In this document: piece by piece, positions 53,709 through 56,682 of the stretch
Numbering within the stretch: the first letter of the stretch is position 1
Layout: every line of letters begins with the position of its first letter
Assembly (NCBI GenBank): GCA_023247085.1
Contig: JAHFHC010000004.1
Coordinates: forward strand, 1 to 56,682
Direction: 5' to 3'
DNA: 56,682 nt
Source: Candidatus Micrarchaeota archaeon
GTDB lineage: Archaea > Micrarchaeota > Micrarchaeia > Norongarragalinales > UBA8480
The notes under the pieces: model-generated
What the model saw: the letters and a program-made list of their open reading frames with translations, nothing else
Database searches by the model: none
Told to the model about the DNA's origin: nothing
Made by a program: the position numbers and the translations under genes

Positions 53709-54518
53709 CTATTCAATTACTACTTCACAGTTGCCTGGGAGGAGTTTAGCGATTTCGGTTTCATCTAGCTTCGCTTTTTTTCCGCTTTCAAATAGCTTTT
53801 TGGCGAAATAAGCTTTAATAGCTTTTGAAGCCGCGTTTTTATCTTTATCTCCGGGAAGGATCTTAATGCACAGTTTTGTAGCGCCGGTTAAAATGGGTCG
53901 CAAGGAGAATTGTAAAGTTTCTTCATTAAGGCAAATGTACAAGCCGAGTAGCGTGTTTTTGAACCATTTGCGTTCGCCATTTATTGCAAATCCCCCTTGG
54001 TCAATGTAACCACCGTGAGAGTGTTTACTTACTTGACTAGAGAGAACAGCGTAAACATCTACATTGCCGAAGCCGCGCTTCCAAGCGCTGCTGAAACTAG
54101 CTGTGAACTGGGCTGCTTCTTGTAATTCTGCGTCAGTTGCGGCTGGCGGGGTATTAGAAATTGTGGAAGCTGGATTTTTCACTACAACAGCTGGCGAGCC
54201 GCGGATGTCAGCGTGTAAAAACCATTCGTTGGGTGAACAGTGTTTGGCGAATAGCACGTCGTTTTGTTTTGCATTTCTTCCTCCTATTACGAGTGAATTT
54301 TTTGACGTGAGGAAGTGGTGAAATGCGTCAACCCATTCGCGCTTCTTTTTTGTAAGGGTTTTTTGTACGGTTTGTTTTTGTGACTCTTTGATAGTTTCGA
54401 GAATAGCTTTTTCTGCGCCAGTTGCTTTTGACCTGTACTTTTTCGCCTCTTCGCGGTAACTTGCAATGTTTTGCATTAGTGACTTACGCGGGTCAAGGAT
54501 AATTTTCATCATTTTCAC
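53709..54518 (-). CDS. NFACT-R (DUF814) RNA-binding protein, N-terminally truncated Rqc2-like
   Basis: GGRNAKQND, WFLHADIRGSP, EAAQFTASFSSAWK, QVSK and G-F-I-GER; begins at the coiled coil, with no NFACT-N. Confidence 0.85.
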   Translation of the reverse strand: MKMMKIILDPRKSLMQNIASYREEAKKYRSKATGAEKAILETIKESQKQTVQKTLTKKKREWVDAFHHFLTSKNSLVIGGRNAKQNDVLFAKHCSPNEWFLHADIRGSPAVVVKNPASTISNTPPAATDAELQEAAQFTASFSSAWKRGFGNVDVYAVLSSQVSKHSHGGYIDQGGFAINGERKWFKNTLLGLYICLNEETLQFSLRPILTGATKLCIKILPGDKDKNAASKAIKAYFAKKLFESGKKAKLDETEIAKLLPGNCEVVIE

Positions 54519-54527
54519 CAGACTATT

Positions 54528-56682
54528 CTAGGTTTTGACGCTTTTAGCGCGTTTAGCAGGTTTACCTGCTTTTGTAGTTTTAGGTGCTTTAAGCACTTTG
54601 GAAACGTTTGGGGGATTAACAGTTGGTTTAGCTGAGAGTTCACCTATGGGTTTGCCTTCGGGTTTTGCTTCGGTCTTATCTTCAGGTTTATCTTTCGCAT
54701 TTGCATGCCCCCAGTTTGCTTTTGTTTCACATTTTGTGTCAAGGCACATTGAAAAGAATTTCTTTGCTTTGCGCTTTACGCCAATTATGGGCGTACCGCA
54801 TTTCGGACAGATTTTGTCAGTGTGAATAATTAATGCATTGTGCGGCAACGGAAACGTGACCTTGCATGTGGGATACTTATCGCAGCCAACAAACTGGCCG
54901 AATTTAGATCGGCGCATAACTAGTTTACCACCGCACTTGCAATTGCCTAACTCAGCTGCTTTTGACAACGCTTCATTAAGTGAAGTGAGTAAATGTTTTC
55001 CGATTTCAACTTCGTGTGCTTTGAACTCAGTGCATAAGTCCGTTACAATTTTTTCTCCTTGTGCTATTACTTTGCTAGGACTTGTTTTACCTTGTTCTAT
55101 TTCTTCCATTTGTTCTTCAACACTACGGGTTAAATCCTCCTGCAGTAACCCCGGACAATGTTGAGAAAGTGCATCAAATACACACTCGCCAAAATTTGTG
55201 ACGTGAATACTTTTCTTGTCTGCAATGTAATCGCGCGAGTAGAGGGTTTCAATAACTTCTGCTCGAGTTGCTTTTGTGCCTAAGTTAAGGTCTTCTAATT
55301 TTTTGACAATTGAAGCAGGCGAATAGCGCTTTGGCGGCTGGGTTTCTTTTTCCTCCATTCTAATTGCATCAGCAGTTACGTTTTGGCCTTGAGTGAATTC
55401 AGCGGTTGAATCTTTAATGTCGTGATAAGGGTAAAACGCAAGCCAACCTGCAAATGTAGTTAGCACGCCACTTGTGCGGAAGCGTTGTTCTCCAAGTTGT
55501 GCAGTTACTGCAGTTCGCTCTCGTTTTGCTGGCTCTGCGAAGCACGCGAGGAAATTTCGCACAATTAAATCGTATAATTTTGCATCTTGTTCGCTTAACT
55601 TTGTGGGCATTTGGCCAGTTGGGTGAATTGCAGGGTGAGCAGCGTCAGTTTTCTTCCCGTTGTTTGGAATTAATTTTGTCTGGAGAATCTTTCCTGCATC
55701 TAAAGCGTATTTAGTTTGTTTTGTAAGCGACGAAACTATTTTTTTGAGGTTAAGTTTTTCAGGCAATTGTTGGGACGATGTACGCGGGTAGCTGATTAAA
55801 GCGTTTTCATACAAGTGTTGAGCGTATTCTAGTGTTTTGGCAGGAGTGAAGCCAAAAGCTGCATATGAATCCATTTGCAAAGAGGTTAAGTCATGCGGGT
55901 TAGGCGGAGTAAGTTGAGAAGTTGTTTTTTTCACTTCTGCAATCACTCCCTTTTTTGGAGTTGTTGTTACGATTGCTTGTGCTTTTGCTTTATCAGTAAA
56001 ACGCTCTTGTTCGTGGACAAATTCAGTTTTATTTATGTCAGCGAATACTTGCCAATATGGAACTGGCTTAAACGCCTTGATTTCTTTTTCGCGTTGGGCT
56101 AAAATGGAAAGCGCCGGACCTTGTACTCTTCCAATGCTCATTATCTTAAATCGGCCAGCTGACTTAATTGCAGACATCAATGCCCGGCTTATGTTTATAC
56201 CAAAGTACCAGTCAAGCACGTGGCGCGCTTCGCCGGCTTGCGCGTATTCAATTGGCACCGCGCCCGATTTTTCAAAAGACTCTTGCAACTCTTCTTTTGT
56301 AAGAGTAGAAAAGTGCATTCGCTTAGCAGGTAATTTAGGCGCAATGAAACGCCAAATGTTGTAGCCTATTAACTCTCCTTCTACATCGTAGTCACACGCT
56401 ATTATTATCTGGTCAACCAATTTCGCGAGTTTTTTTATAACCGAAAGATACTTTTCGGCATATTGGAACACGTCGCTCGCTTTTGGAGTTTCAACCCAAG
56501 TTAAGTCGAACACTGGAAACTTGGACGACTTTTCTTTTTGTACTAAAGTATACAAATGGCCAACAGCAGGCGCAACGTAAATCAAGTCTTTGCCACGTGC
56601 TACTTCAAAATAACCTTGCTTTTTTACGGTTTTGCCCAATGCTTCAGCTATTTTAGCAGCCGAACTGGGTTTTTCTGAAATA
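54528..56682 (-). CDS. topA: DNA topoisomerase IA (partial, start lies beyond the window end)
   Basis: ISEKPSSA at the window edge, GHLYTL, ACDYDVEGE, SIGRVQGP, ISYPRT (catalytic Tyr), GTKATR and C-terminal Zn ribbons. Confidence 0.96.
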   Translation of the reverse strand, partial: ISEKPSSAAKIAEALGKTVKKQGYFEVARGKDLIYVAPAVGHLYTLVQKEKSSKFPVFDLTWVETPKASDVFQYAEKYLSVIKKLAKLVDQIIIACDYDVEGELIGYNIWRFIAPKLPAKRMHFSTLTKEELQESFEKSGAVPIEYAQAGEARHVLDWYFGINISRALMSAIKSAGRFKIMSIGRVQGPALSILAQREKEIKAFKPVPYWQVFADINKTEFVHEQERFTDKAKAQAIVTTTPKKGVIAEVKKTTSQLTPPNPHDLTSLQMDSYAAFGFTPAKTLEYAQHLYENALISYPRTSSQQLPEKLNLKKIVSSLTKQTKYALDAGKILQTKLIPNNGKKTDAAHPAIHPTGQMPTKLSEQDAKLYDLIVRNFLACFAEPAKRERTAVTAQLGEQRFRTSGVLTTFAGWLAFYPYHDIKDSTAEFTQGQNVTADAIRMEEKETQPPKRYSPASIVKKLEDLNLGTKATRAEVIETLYSRDYIADKKSIHVTNFGECVFDALSQHCPGLLQEDLTRSVEEQMEEIEQGKTSPSKVIAQGEKIVTDLCTEFKAHEVEIGKHLLTSLNEALSKAAELGNCKCGGKLVMRRSKFGQFVGCDKYPTCKVTFPLPHNALIIHTDKICPKCGTPIIGVKRKAKKFFSMCLDTKCETKANWGHANAKDKPEDKTEAKPEGKPIGELSAKPTVNPPNVSKVLKAPKTTKAGKPAKRAKSVKT

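Overview
This is a gene-dense, AT-rich archaeal chromosome segment. The core genes include aIF5A, Sm protein, Alba, aCPSF1 next to proteasome beta, PCNA, Cdc6/Orc1, RFC-L, Cdc48, topoisomerase IA, DGGGP synthase, an S-layer protein, the oapABC cluster and class III signal-peptide pilins. Gene content and a non-canonical tRNA intron suggest a DPANN archaeon, possibly Micrarchaeota (inference, no database search). I saw no rRNA, CRISPR array or transposase. The most striking items are: (1) a tRNA-Ala(GGC) with a 61-nt intron inside the T-loop (59/60), followed by a free-standing two-motif LAGLIDADG endonuclease and tRNA-Val(GAC), with a VapBC-type module just upstream; (2) a methyltransferase that matches eukaryotic Bud23/WBSCR22 motif by motif; (3) an array of four near-perfect hairpins bracketed by a 17-nt direct repeat upstream of oapA, and a related IS200/IS605-like palindromic element on the other side of oapABC; (4) a histone-fold protein with an acidic N-tail and C-terminal coiled coil; (5) an ORF-free stretch of about 490 nt with GNRA hairpins. 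Four small genes missing from the ORF track were recovered by hand: Sec61-beta, a frameshifted hicA, an acidic 44-aa peptide and a 48-aa membrane peptide. All family calls come from motif recognition only.
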